Shown: piece by piece, positions 14,171 through 26,426 of the stretch
Numbering within the stretch: position 1 is the stretch's first letter
How the letters are laid out: every line of letters starts with the position of its first letter
Origin: Octopus vulgaris
Lineage: Eukaryota
DNA: 64,000 nucleotides
Assembly: GCA_951406725.2 (NCBI GenBank)
Contig: OX597843.1
Coordinates: 10,416,001-10,480,000, forward strand
Direction: 5' to 3'
Made by a program: the position numbers and the translations under genes
Notes under the pieces: model-generated
Told to the model about the DNA's origin: nothing
Databases searched by the model: none
The model's input: only the letters and a program-made list of their open reading frames with translations

Positions 14171-14404
14171 GAACCCGACAGGACGTTACTTTGACTTATT
14201 CATTGATATTCAAAAACGAAACGTGAGTTTTTTTGTCTGAAATAGTGTTGTTGAATTGAAAGTTAGTAGTTTATTGTTGCTGTGTTAATATTGTTATTTT
14301 GTGTCTTTTCAATAAGACGGTTAGTGGCCTTCGCGCGAAGGTTGTGTACGTAGTTCCCCCCCCGTGGGGGAATTATTGTGTGCCTTCGTGTACGAAACAC
14401 ATCC

Positions 14405-14435
<31 letters not shown>

Positions 14436-14461
14436 TTTCTACTAACGGCTGCAAAGCCAGA

Positions 14462-15875
14462 ATGTCTTTGGAAGGCAGTGAATGCAAACTGGAAGGAAAA
14501 TTCGAAATGGATTTCCCCATTACCTATTCACCCATCTCAGGTGATGAAGAATCTCAAACCTCGGGTGAGAGAAGCACGCCGGCGGTGACACCGGAAAAAG
14601 AATCGGCGGTAACGCCAGAACAAAAGGCCCCAACAAAGAAGTTTGCGGAAGTTGTTGGACGCAAACAGAAAGATATAGATATAGAAAACCTAGAGAAATA
14701 TGAAGACCTTCTAAAGAAAGAAGGAAATGAAATTGCAGTGAAAAAAGATATGGAAAAAAAGGAAGAGATAGAAAAGAAAAAGAATTATATACAAGACATA
14801 TAGCACGACTACAAAAAGCATACAAAAAGTGGAAGAATGCAAAATAGAGGAGTGCCTGAAGACAATCAGAAAAGATATCACTTATATAAACAGAGGAAGA
14901 CGGTACGGAACAGTAGAAGTGAGGTTCAGAACAGAAGAAATAGCTAAGAAGCTATCCACAGAACCTCAGAAAGCGGGAAATCTAGTCCTTCTACCCTTGT
15001 ACAAAGGAAGAAGGACTTCAAAGATAGTAATGAGAAATATTCCCCCAGAGGCAGACGCCTCATGCCTGGTGGCGGCAGTGATGCTGGGCCTGAAAGAAAA
15101 AATCAACATCCTCCAAGCTACAGTGGAGGAGGAGGGATTTTGGCAGGGCCAGATCATAACAATGGCTATACAAGCAGAGGCCCAGACTCTGGAAGAAATA
15201 CCAGAGGTGCTGAGGCTAGATGAGGAGGAGCGAGTTCTAGTATTTGTAGAAGGAAGAAAACCGAGGTGCTTCGGCTGCGGAAAGAAGGGGCACGTGAGAG
15301 CGGAGTGTCAACCAAAACCGCAGGTAGAAGAACCATCGGAGAAAGAAGAAACGGAGGAAAAAAAGGAAACCAAAGAGGTGGAAAAAGCTGCAGAAAAGGA
15401 AAAAGAAAACGAAAAAGAGGAGGGGTGGTCTAAAGTTACCAAAAAAAAACGGAAAACTGAAACCACCCCTCAAGAAGAAGAAAACCTAAAGAAAAGGAAA
15501 GAGGTTACTTCTTCATTTATGGCCATTAAGGCTACTAACAACAGACTTGTCAATGTGTTGGCAGCCATGGCCAAGGTGGAACGTATAAGGAAGATGAAAG
15601 ACTTCATCATATATAAAATAGGCCGGAAGGACTACAGGAGGATAAAATCCGAGTTCTTCCACGACGTGGGCCCTCTGAGACTGGACATGTCTCCATATCT
15701 ATACGAGGGCCTACGTCGGACTCCCCCACGAGCCAAAGAAAAAAAAATGAAGAAGAAGGCGAAACCGCCGAAAAAGCCAAACTACCGATATAAGGTAAGT
15801 GATGAACTACATTTGTGTTGGTTGTTTAAATGTGCGCGGCCTGGGATCAAGCGGGAAGCAAGGTCGCTTCCTTAA
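14462..15875 (+). CDS. ORF1 gag-like nucleic-acid-binding protein, ~470 aa (one +1 A frameshift near 14780)
   Basis: Starts MSLEGSECK; zinc knuckle CFGCGKKGHVRAEC (CX2CX4HX4C) followed by E/K-rich tail, typical of Tx1 ORF1. Confidence 0.85.
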
Positions 15876-18800
15876 TGATATCAGGTCGCGCAATTTGGAT
15901 GTTATTGTTGCTACAGAAACCCGGTTAAAGGGGCCAAGAGATCTACTCCCACTGTTTGACGGCTACGAGAGTTTTTTCTCTCCTGGCAGTCCTGCAGGCG
16001 GGAGTGGGGTGTTGGTCCTACTAAAAAGAAACCGGGTTTTGAGAAAAAGTTAATTTTTTCAGACCCAGAAGGTAGGCTGGTCGTCATGGATTTGACGTTC
16101 AGTAACGGTAAAGTTATCAGACTGGTTGCAATTTACGCACCCTGCAGTAATAATGGGCAAAGTGATTATTATCGTGATCTAGAGAACTTTCTCGGTACTT
16201 CGCATTCAATAGTTGTGCTAGGAGACTTTAACACAATTTGCAAAGCGGATGTAGATTGTGTTGGCTCGAATGATAGAAAAGGTAACACATGCTTCCTGGA
16301 ACTGCTAAGCCGCTTTGAGCTAGCAGATCCTTATAGGTTGGAATTTCCGAACGCTCCATTGTGGACATGGTCAAACAGCGACGGATCTTCCAGGTCATAC
16401 ATAGATAGAATTCTAATTAGAAAGGTAGACAGTAAAATAGCTAAGCGTCCACAGTTTTACCCGATCAGCTACAGTGATCATAAAATGGTCACTTGTAAGC
16501 TTGACATAGATAAGGTTAGAAAGAGAGGATCCGGTTACTGGAAACTTAATACGTCCCTTTTGGCGATTAAGGAGTACAGAGACCGGATTAGGACCATAAT
16601 TCAGAGGGCGCTGTCTGGTGCCATCATTAATAACAAATGGTGGTACGCCCTCAAACGAGCCATCAAGTTTGAGTCTATTAGATATAGCATAGGAGTAGTG
16701 TCTAGAGAGGCTAGAAGGGAAACTACTCTAGTTAAGGAATTAGAGGAAGCCATGAAAACTGGCTCTGCGGCTCAGGTGGCGTCCAAGAGACTGGTGTTAA
16801 ACCAGCACCTCGAGGCCAAACACATGGGTTGCATTGTCAGGGCTAGAATCCGTCATATGGGATGTGAAGGAATCAACGCCGTGAGATGGGCCCGAGTGGT
16901 GGAAGCCCGGAATGGCAACGATGCCACGATTCGATCTTTGAAGAACCAACAAGGTGAGTTGATAGACGAACCCGAGGAGATGTGTGAGGCCTTTCAGGAG
17001 CACTTCGCTCAGCTTTTCGGTGAGTGCGGCGGGCTGGATAGGAGGAGGGCCTTTACGGACCTACTCGACGGGCTGCCGCGCTTATCGGGGCGAGATGCGG
17101 AGGGCTGTGAAGGGCCAATCACGCCTGAGGAGGTGGTGGAGGCAATGGCGGACTGCGGCGCGGGCAAGGCGCCGGGTTTGGATGGTCTACCCTACGAGTT
17201 ATATAAGAATATGCCAGACTTGTTCGGGCACCTACTGGCGGAAGTCTATGCGAACTGGCAGCAGAACGGGTTGATACCCAGATCTGTGCGCCGGGGAGTG
17301 GTGACTCTCGTCAGAAAGGACCCGAGCAAGGGGGAGTGCATTGATAATTTCAGGCCCATCACTCTGCTAAACACAGAGTTGAAGATTTTGGCCAAAGTGT
17401 TATCGAAAAGATTGGCGCGTGTCGCGGATGGTCTGATCGGGGAGGCACAGACATGTGCCGTTCCGGGCAGAACCATTCAGGATAATCTCCATCTAATGCG
17501 GTACACTATAGAGGGGTTTAATAGTGATTCTGGCAAGGGTGGGGCACTGGTCCATTTAGACCAATCCAAAGCTTTTGATAGGGTCGACCATCGTTACCTG
17601 GTGTCTGCTCTGGCACAGTTCGGGCTGGGCCTTGGCTTCCTCAGGTGGATTATCCAAATTTACGACAACATCGACTCGGTAGTTCGGGTGAACGGCTTCT
17701 TGTCGAAGCCGTTCAAAATCAAACGCTCGGTTCGTCAAGGGTGTCCGCTCTCCCCGCTTTTGTACGTGATGGCTCTTGAGCCATTACTGCGAAAACTGAG
17801 CGGCATCCCGAGACAGCCAGGTAATGGAAAATCAGTGTCAGCGTACGCGGACGACATCACCATCATCGTGACCGAAATGGACCACCTATGTAAAGTAGGC
17901 AAGGCCATAGAGGATTACGAGACGGTGACAGGAGCAAAAGTTAATCGCGAAAAGTCAGTCGGCTTGCAACTCGGCACCTGGAGAGGCAAGTCGATGCCTC
18001 CTGACAGCGTCGTGGGACGTTGGACGGAGGGTCCGATTAAACTGCTAGGGGTCTGGTTCGGTCCAGACCTCCAAATAGAGAAGAATTGGGGCGAAGTAAC
18101 GAGCAAGGTGGCTGCAGTAGCCAAGACCTGGTCTAGGCGGTGGCTATCCTTGAAAGGGAGGGCGGAGGTGGCCAATGTGTTTATCGCATCGGTTATCATC
18201 TACCGCCTTTCCGTCGTTCCATGCCCTGATTCGTGGTTGACCAAGTTGGAAAGACAGCTCTTCTACTTCCTGTGGAAGGGCAGGAAACCACTTGTGAAAC
18301 GCTCTACTTGCTGTCAACAACCGTTAAAGGGTGGGCTAGGGATGCCTTGGCTGATGATGCGCAGACATGCGCTGAGGTTAAGACATCTGTGGCTCTACCT
18401 GGATGGTGAACGGGTGTGGTCTCCGTTAGCAAAACTGATGTTTCCCAAGTTCACTAGTTTCGGTGGATGGGAAACCTGGTTGAATCGTAGATCGAAACTC
18501 GGTACATGGTATACGGAGTGTCGAAAGGCCCTCCTGCTATTCCGTCGCTCGGGCAACGCCTGCGGTGGGGGTTCCACCACATTCTTCTATAGAGGGTTGG
18601 TAGAGGCGGAATGTGAAGACACCTTGGGGAAACCCTGGGTCTCGACGATAATCAGCTGGCTAGTCTGTTCCGACGTACGTTCGGGCCGAAGACTCTGGAC
18701 AACTTCCAGAAGTCTCTGGCATGGCAATGCTACAGAGGAGCTCTACCTGTTCGGGATAAACTCGCAAGGCACGGTGGCCAAGACAGTCCGATGTGTCCAA

Positions 18801-19195
18801 GATGCGGGCGGGATAGGGAAACCGTCCCGCACGCTATTGTTCATTGTTCGGACGTGTCTGAGGTGTGGGTTTATGCCGAACAGCTGTTGTCAAGCACACG
18901 AAGAGTACAGCTGTCGACTGAGTGTATTAAAAAAATTGACCCACCAGATTTCCTCGCGAAAGAAGGTAAGACTTGTTTTCTCGTTGTGGTAGCAATTGCG
19001 AAGGAGGTGATATGGAAGACGAGAATGAAAGGTATACGGTCAGGCAAGTTCATATCCGGCCCTGGGTTGATGAACTACTTCATCTACCACCTGAAAAGGA
19101 AGATAGGGCTGGAGAGAAAATGCCTGACTAAAAGAGTGTATGAAGAACGATGGAAGGATGTAGCACGGAAGTTGAGAATGGATGACACCACATAA
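15802..19195 (+). pseudogene. ORF2 copy 1, APE-RT, with two homopolymer frameshifts (~16040, ~18629); may be sequencing errors
   Basis: Same as the intact ORF2 except T5>T4 and G5>G4. Confidence 0.85.
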
Positions 19196-19681
19196 ATGTA
19201 GATCAAAACGAAACCAAAAGTATCAGTGGTGAGGCGGGGCTCGTGGGGTCCGAGCTGAACCCGCCCCCACTCCACCTGTAGTGTCTTCCGGTCTGTTTTT
19301 TCTCATTCGATTTTTATAATTTTTGCAATTTTTGTAAATTTTTGAAATTTTTAAACTCATACTTTTGTAACCTCATACGTGAATCTGACCCCACATCAGG
19401 TTGTATTGTCCCCTCTTTGTTGGCCCCTTGTGGGTAATAATAAAAGAGAACCCGACAGGACGTTACTTTGACTTATTCATTGATATTCAAAAACGAAACG
19501 TGAGTTTTTTTGTCTGAAATAGTGTTGTGGAATTGAAAGTTAGTAGTTTATTGTTGCTGTGTTAATATTGTTATTTTGTGTCTTTTCAATAAGACGGTTA
19601 GTGGCCTTCGCGCGAAGGTTGTGTACGTAGTTCCCCCCCCGTGGGGGAATTATTGTGTGCCTTCGTGTACGAAACACATCC

Positions 19682-19713
<32 letters not shown>

Positions 19714-19739
19714 TTTCTACTAACGGCTGCAAAGCCAGA

Positions 19740-21150
19740 ATGTCTTTGGAAGGCAGTGAATGCAAACTGGAAGGAAAATTCGAAATGGATTTCCCCATTA
19801 CCTATTCACCCATCTCAGGTGATGAAGAATCTCAAACCTCGGGTGAGAGAAGCACGCCGGCGGTGACACCGGAAAAAGAATCGGCGGTAACGCCAGAACA
19901 AAAGGCCCCAACAAAGAAGTTTGCGGAAGTTGTTGGACGCAAACAGAAAGATATAGATATAGAAAACCTAGAGAAATATGAAGACCTTCTAAAGAAAGAA
20001 GGAAATGAAATTGCAGTGAAAAAAGATATGGAAAAAAAGGAAGAGATAGAAAAGAAAAGAATTATATACAAGACATATAGCACGACTACAAAAAGCATAC
20101 AAAAAGTGGAAGAATGCAAAATAGAGGAGTGCCTGAAGACAATCAGAAAAGATATCACTTATATAAACAGAGGAAGACGGTTCGGAACAGTAGAAGTGAG
20201 GTTCAGAACCGAAGAAATAGCTAAGAAGCTATCCACAGAACCTCAGAAAGCGGAAATCTAGTCCTTCTACCCTTGTACAAAGGAAGAAGGACTTCAAAGA
20301 TAGTAATGAGAAATATTCCCCCAGAGGCAGACGCCTCATGCCTGGTGGCGGCAGTGATGCTGGGCCTGAAAGAAAAAATCAACATCCTCCAAGCTACAGT
20401 GGAGGAGGAGGGATTTTGGCAGGGCCAGATCATAACAATGGCTATACAAGCAGAGGCCCAGACTCTGGAAGAAATACCAGAGGTGCTGAGGCTAGATGAG
20501 GAGGAGCGAGTTCTAGTATTTGTAGAAGGAAGAAAACCGAGGTGCTTCGGCTGCGGAAAGAAGGGGCACGTGAGAGCGGAGTGTCAACCGAAACCGCAGG
20601 CAGAAGAACCGTCGGAGAAAGAAGAAACGGAGGAAAAAAAGGAAACCAAAGAGGTGGAAAAAGCTGCAGAAAAGGAAAAAGAAAACGAAAAAGAGGAGGG
20701 GTGGTCTAAAGTTACCAAAAAAAAACGGAAAACTGAAACCACCCCTCAAGAAGAAGAAAACCTAAAGAAAAGGAAAGAGGTTACTTCTTCATTTATGGCC
20801 ATTAAGGCTACTAACAACAGACTTGTCAATGTGTTGGCAGCCATGGCCAAGGTGGAACGTATAAGGAAGATGAAAGACTTCATCATATATAAAATAGGCC
20901 GGAAGGACTACAGGAGGATAAAATCCGAGTTCTTCCACGACGTGGGCCCTCTGAGACTGGACATGTCTCCATATCTATACGAGGGCCTACGTCGGACTCC
21001 CCACGAGCCAAAGAAAAAAAAATGAAGAAGAAGGCGAAACCGCCGAAAAAGCCAAACTACCGATATAAGGTAAGTGATGAACTACATTTGTGTTGGTTGT
21101 TTAAATGTGCGCGGCCTGGGATCAAGCGGGAAGCAAGGTCGCTTCCTTAA
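19740..21150 (+). CDS. ORF1 copy 2 (frameshifts near 20252 and 21000)
   Basis: Homologous to copy 1 ORF1; CCHC knuckle intact. Confidence 0.75.
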
Positions 21151-24100
21151 TGATATCAGGTCGCGCAATTTGGATGTTATTGTTGCTACAGAAACCCGGT
21201 TAAAGGGGCCAAGAGATCTACTCCCACTGTTTGACGGCTACGAGAGTTTTTTCTCTCCTGGCAGTCCTGCAGGCGGGAGTGGGGTGTTGGTCCTACTAAA
21301 AAGAAACCGGGTTTTTGAGAAAAAGTTAATTTTTTCAGACCCAGAAGGTAGGCTGGTCGTCATGGATTTGACGTTCAGTAACGGTAAAGTTATCAGACTG
21401 GTTGCAATTTACGCACCCTGCAGTAATAATGGGCAAAGTGATTATTATCGTGATCTAGAGAACTTTCTCGGTACTTCGCATTCAATAGTTGTGCTAGGAG
21501 ACTTTAACACAATTTGCAAAGCGGATGTAGATTGTGTTGGCTCGAATGATAGAAAAGGTAACACATGCTTCCTGGAACTGCTAAGCCGCTTTGAGCTAGC
21601 AGATCCTTATAGGTTGGAATTTCCGAACGCTCCATTGTGGACATGGTCAAACAGCGACGGATCTTCCAGGTCATACATAGATAGAATTCTAATTAGAAAG
21701 GTAGACAGTAAAATAGCTAAGCGTCCACAGTTTTACCCGATCAGCTACAGTGATCATAAAATGGTCACTTGTAAGCTTGACATAGATAAGGTTAGAAAGA
21801 GAGGATCCGGTTACTGGAAACTTAATACGTCCCTTTTGGCGATTAAGGAGTACAGAGACCGGATTAGGACCATAATTCAGAGGGCGCTGTCTGGTGCCAT
21901 CATTAATAACAAATGGTGGTACGCCCTCAAACGAGCCATCAAGTTTGAGTCTATTAGATATAGCATAGGAGTAGTGTCTAGAGAGGCTAGAAGGGAAACT
22001 ACTCTAGTTAAGGAATTAGAGGAAGCCATGAAAACTGGCTCTGCGGCTCAGGTGGCGTCCAAGAGACTGGTGTTAAACCAGCACCTCGAGGCCAAACACA
22101 TGGGTTGCATTGTCAGGGCTAGAATCCGTCATATGGGATGTGAAGGAATCAACGCCGTGAGATGGGCCCGAGTGGTGGAAGCCCGGAATGGCAACGATGC
22201 CACGATTCGATCTTTGAAGAACCAACAAGGTGAGTTGATAGACGAACCCGAGGAGATGTGTGAGGCCTTTCAGGAGCACTTCGCTCAGCTTTTCGGTGAG
22301 TGCGGCGGACTGGATAGGAGGAGGGCCTTTACGGACCTACTCGACGGGCTGCCGCGCTTATCGGGGCGAGATGCGGAGGGCTGTGAAGGGCCAATCACGC
22401 CTGAGGAGGTGGTGGAGGCAATGGCGGACTGCGGCGCGGGCAAGGCGCCGGGTTTGGATGGTCTACCCTACGAGTTATATAAGAATATGCCAGACTTGTT
22501 CGGGCACCTACTGGCGGAAGTCTATGCGAACTGGCAGCAGAACGGGTTGATACCCAGATCTGTGCGCCGGGGAGTGGTGACTCTCGTCAGAAAGGACCCG
22601 AGCAAGGGGGAGTGCATTGATAATTTCAGGCCCATCACTCTGCTAAACACAGAGTTGAAGATTTTGGCCAAAGTGTTATCGAAAAGATTGGCGCGTGTCG
22701 CGGATGGTCTGATCGGGGAGGCACAGACATGTGCCGTTCCGGGCAGAACCATTCAGGATAATCTCCATCTAATGCGGTACACTATAGAGGGGTTTAATAG
22801 TGATTCTGGCAAGGGTGGGGCACTGGTCCATTTAGACCAATCCAAAGCTTTTGATAGGGTCGACCATCGTTACCTGGTGTCTGCTCTGGCACAGTTCGGG
22901 CTGGGCCTTGGCTTCCTCAGGTGGATTATCCAAATTTACGACAACATCGACTCGGTAGTTCGGGTGAACGGCTTCTTGTCGAAGCCGTTCAAAATCAAAC
23001 GCTCGGTTCGTCAAGGGTGTCCGCTCTCCCCGCTTTTGTACGTGATGGCTCTTGAGCCATTACTGCGAAAACTGAGCGGCATCCCGAGACAGCCAGGTAA
23101 TGGAAAATCAGTGTCAGCGTACGCGGACGACATCACCATCATCGTGACCGAAATGGACCACCTATGTAAAGTAGGCAAGGCCATAGAGGATTACGAGACG
23201 GTGACAGGAGCAAAAGTTAATCGCGAAAAGTCAGTCGGCTTGCAACTCGGCACCTGGAGAGGCAAGTCGATGCCTCCTGACAGCGTCGTGGGACGTTGGA
23301 CGGAGGGTCCGATTAAACTGCTAGGGGTCTGGTTCGGTCCAGACCTCCAAATAGAGAAGAATTGGGGCGAGGTAACGAGCAAGGTGGCTGCAGTAGCCAA
23401 GACCTGGTCTAGGCGGTGGCTATCCTTGAAAGGGAGGGCGGAGGTGGCCAATGTGTTTATCGCATCGGTTATCATCTACCGCCTTTCCGTCGTTCCATGC
23501 CCTGATTCGTGGTTGACCAAGTTGGAAAGACAGCTCTTCTACTTCCTGTGGAAGGGCAGGAAACCACTTGTGAAACGCTCTACTTGCTGTCAACAACCGT
23601 TAAAGGGTGGGCTAGGGATGCCTTGGCTGATGATGCGCAGACATGCGCTGAGGTTAAGACATCTGTGGCTCTACCTGGATGGTGAACGGGTGTGGTCTCC
23701 GTTAGCAAAACTGATGTTTCCCAAGTTCACTAGTTTCGGTGGATGGGAAACCTGGTTGAATCGTAGATCGAAACTCGGTACATGGTATACGGAGTGTCGA
23801 AAGGCCCTCCTGCTATTCCGTCGCTCGGGCAACGCCTGCGGTGGGGGTTCCACCACATTCTTCTATAGAGGGTTGGTAGAGGCGGAATGTGAAGACACCT
23901 TGGGGGAAACCCTGGGTCTCGACGATAATCAGCTGGCTAGTCTGTTCCGACGTACGTTCGGGCCGAAGACTCTGGACAACTTCCAGAAGTCTCTGGCATG
24001 GCAATGCTACAGAGGAGCTCTACCTGTTCGGGATAAACTCGCAAGGCACGGTGGCCAAGACAGTCCGATGTGTCCAAGATGCGGGCGGGATAGGGAAACC

Positions 24101-24472
24101 GTCCCGCACGCTATTGTTCATTGTTCGGACGTGTCTGAGGTGTGGGTTTATGCCGAACAGCTGTTGTCAAGCACACGAAGAGTACAGCTGTCGACTGAGT
24201 GTATTAAAAAAATTGACCCACCAGATTTCCTCGCGAAAGAAGGTAAGACTTGTTTTCTCGTTGTGGTAGCAATTGCGAAGGAGGTGATATGGAAGACGAG
24301 AATGAAAGGTATACGGTCAGGCAAGTTCATATCCGGCCCTGGGTTGATGAACTACTTCATCTACCACCTGAAAAGGAAGATAGGGCTGGAGAGAAAATGC
24401 CTGACTAAAAGAGTGTATGAAGAACGATGGAAGGATGTAGCACGGAAGTTGAGAATGGATGACACCACATAA
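21077..24472 (+). CDS. ORF2: APE endonuclease, reverse transcriptase and C-terminal CCHC finger, 1131 aa from ATG
   Basis: APE motifs LNVRGL, ETRL, IYAP, GDFN, IDRI, SDH; Tx1-type GSGYWKLNTSLL; RT motifs KAPGLDG, FRPITLLN, DQSKAFD, QGCPLSP, YADD; CPRC..ETVPHAIVHC. Confidence 0.97.
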   Translation: MNYICVGCLNVRGLGSSGKQGRFLNDIRSRNLDVIVATETRLKGPRDLLPLFDGYESFFSPGSPAGGSGVLVLLKRNRVFEKKLIFSDPEGRLVVMDLTFSNGKVIRLVAIYAPCSNNGQSDYYRDLENFLGTSHSIVVLGDFNTICKADVDCVGSNDRKGNTCFLELLSRFELADPYRLEFPNAPLWTWSNSDGSSRSYIDRILIRKVDSKIAKRPQFYPISYSDHKMVTCKLDIDKVRKRGSGYWKLNTSLLAIKEYRDRIRTIIQRALSGAIINNKWWYALKRAIKFESIRYSIGVVSREARRETTLVKELEEAMKTGSAAQVASKRLVLNQHLEAKHMGCIVRARIRHMGCEGINAVRWARVVEARNGNDATIRSLKNQQGELIDEPEEMCEAFQEHFAQLFGECGGLDRRRAFTDLLDGLPRLSGRDAEGCEGPITPEEVVEAMADCGAGKAPGLDGLPYELYKNMPDLFGHLLAEVYANWQQNGLIPRSVRRGVVTLVRKDPSKGECIDNFRPITLLNTELKILAKVLSKRLARVADGLIGEAQTCAVPGRTIQDNLHLMRYTIEGFNSDSGKGGALVHLDQSKAFDRVDHRYLVSALAQFGLGLGFLRWIIQIYDNIDSVVRVNGFLSKPFKIKRSVRQGCPLSPLLYVMALEPLLRKLSGIPRQPGNGKSVSAYADDITIIVTEMDHLCKVGKAIEDYETVTGAKVNREKSVGLQLGTWRGKSMPPDSVVGRWTEGPIKLLGVWFGPDLQIEKNWGEVTSKVAAVAKTWSRRWLSLKGRAEVANVFIASVIIYRLSVVPCPDSWLTKLERQLFYFLWKGRKPLVKRSTCCQQPLKGGLGMPWLMMRRHALRLRHLWLYLDGERVWSPLAKLMFPKFTSFGGWETWLNRRSKLGTWYTECRKALLLFRRSGNACGGGSTTFFYRGLVEAECEDTLGETLGLDDNQLASLFRRTFGPKTLDNFQKSLAWQCYRGALPVRDKLARHGGQDSPMCPRCGRDRETVPHAIVHCSDVSEVWVYAEQLLSSTRRVQLSTECIKKIDPPDFLAKEGKTCFLVVVAIAKEVIWKTRMKGIRSGKFISGPGLMNYFIYHLKRKIGLERKCLTKRVYEERWKDVARKLRMDDTT

Positions 24473-25013
24473 ATGTAGATCAAAACGAAACCAAAAGTAT
24501 CAGTGGTGAGGCGGGGCTCGTGGGGTCCGAGCTGAACCCGCCCCCACTCCACCTGTAGTGTCTTCCGGTCTGTTTTTTCTCATTCGATTTTTATAATTTT
24601 TGCAATTTTTGTAAATTTTTGAAATTTTTAAACTCATACTTTTGTAACCTCATACGTGAATCTGACCCCACATCAGGTTGTATTGTCCCCTCTTTGTTGG
24701 CCCCTTGTGGGTAATAATAAAAGAGAACCCGACAGGACGTTACTTTGACTTATTCATTGATATTCAAAAACGAAACGTGAGTTTTTTTGTCTGAAATAGT
24801 GTTGTTGAATTGAAAGTTAGTAGTTTATTGTTGCTGTGTTAATATTGTTATTTTGTGTCTTTTCAATAAGACGGTTAGTGGCCTTCGCGCGAAGGTTGTG
24901 TACGTAGTTCCCCCCCGTGGGGGAATTATTGTGTGCCTTCGTGTACGAAACACATCCAAAAAAAAAAAAAAAAAAAAAAAAAAATATTTTCTACTAACGG
25001 CTGCAAAGCCAGA

Positions 25014-26426
25014 ATGTCTTTGGAAGGCAGTGAATGCAAACTGGAAGGAAAATTCGAAATGGATTTCCCCATTACCTATTCACCCATCTCAGGTGATGAA
25101 GAATCTCAAACCTCGGGTGAGAGAAGCACGCCGGCGGTGACACCGGAAAAAGAATCGGCGGTAACGCCAGAACAAAAGGCCCCAACAAAGAAGTTTGCGG
25201 AAGTTGTTGGACGCAAACAGAAAGATATAGATATAGAAAACCTAGAGAAATATGAAGACCTTCTAAAGAAAGAAGGAAATGAAATTGCAGTGAAAAAAGA
25301 TATGGAAAAAAAGGAAGAGATAGAAAAGAAAAGAATTATATACAAGACATACAGCACGACTACAAAAAGCATACAAAAAGTGGAAGAATGCAAAATAGAG
25401 GAGTGCCTGAAGACAATCAGAAAAGATATCACTTATATAAACAGAGGAAGACGGTTCGGAACAGTAGAAGTGAGGTTCAGAACAGAAGAAATAGCTAAGA
25501 AGCTATCCACAGAACCTCAGAAAGCGGAAATCTAGTCCTTCTACCCTTGTACAAAGGAAGAAGGACTTCAAAGATAGTAATGAGAAATATTCCCCCAGAG
25601 GCAGACGCCTCATGCCTGGTGGCGGCAGTGATGCTGGGCCTGAAAGAAAAAATCAACATCCTCCAAGCTACAGTGGAGGAGGAGGGATTTTGGCAGGGCC
25701 AGATCATAACAATGGCTATACAAGCAGAGGCCCAGACTCTGGAAGAAATACCAGAGGTGCTGAGGCTAGATGAGGAGGAGCGAGTTCTAGTATTTGTAGA
25801 AGGAAGAAAACCGAGGTGCTTCGGCTGCGGAAAGAAGGGGCACGTGAGAGCGGAGTGTCAACCGAAACCGCAGGTAGAAGAACCGTCGGAGAAAGAAGAA
25901 ACGGAGGAAAAAAAGGAAACCAAAGAGGTGGAAAAAGCTGCAGAAAAGGAAAAAGAAAACGAAAAAGAGGAGGGGTGGTCTAAAGTTACCAAAAAAAAAC
26001 GGAAAACTGAAACCACCCCTCAAGAAGAAGAAAACCTAAAGAAAAGGAAAGAGGTTACTTCTTCATTTATGGCCATTAAGGCTACTAACAACAGACTTGT
26101 CAATGTGTTGGCAGCCATGGCCAAGGTGGAACGTATAAGGAAGATGAAAGACTTCATCATATATAAAATAGGCCGGAAGGACTACAGGAGGATAAAATCC
26201 GAGTTCTTCCACGACGTGGGCCCTCTGAGACTGGACATGTCTCCATATCTATACGAGGGCCTACGTCGGACTCCCCCACGAGCCAAAGAAAAAAAAAATG
26301 AAGAAGAAGGCGAAACCGCCGAAAAAGCCAAACTACCGATATAAGGTAAGTGATGAACTACATTTGTGTTGGTTGTTTAAATGTGCGCGGCCTGGGATCA
26401 AGCGGGAAGCAAGGTCGCTTCCTTAA
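25014..26426 (+). CDS. ORF1 copy 3 (frameshifts near 25527 and 26298)
   Basis: Homologous to copy 1 ORF1. Confidence 0.75.

Larger units (their letters stand above)
14171..19447 (+). mobile_element. Tx1-like element copy 1
   Basis: 5' UTR, ORF1, ORF2 and 3' UTR present. Confidence 0.95.
19448..24724 (+). mobile_element. Tx1-like element copy 2
   Basis: Complete unit. Confidence 0.95.

Noticed and set aside
14405-14432. A28 run as the element's poly(A) tail and unit boundary
   Set aside because: The last copy ends at ~35276 without the 260-nt segment and A-run, and the SINE-shared tail marks that same point as the 3' end
16797-18580. Short antisense and alternative-frame ORFs inside ORF2, repeated in each unit
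   Set aside because: Shadow ORFs with no recognisable motif; they recur only because the unit is repeated
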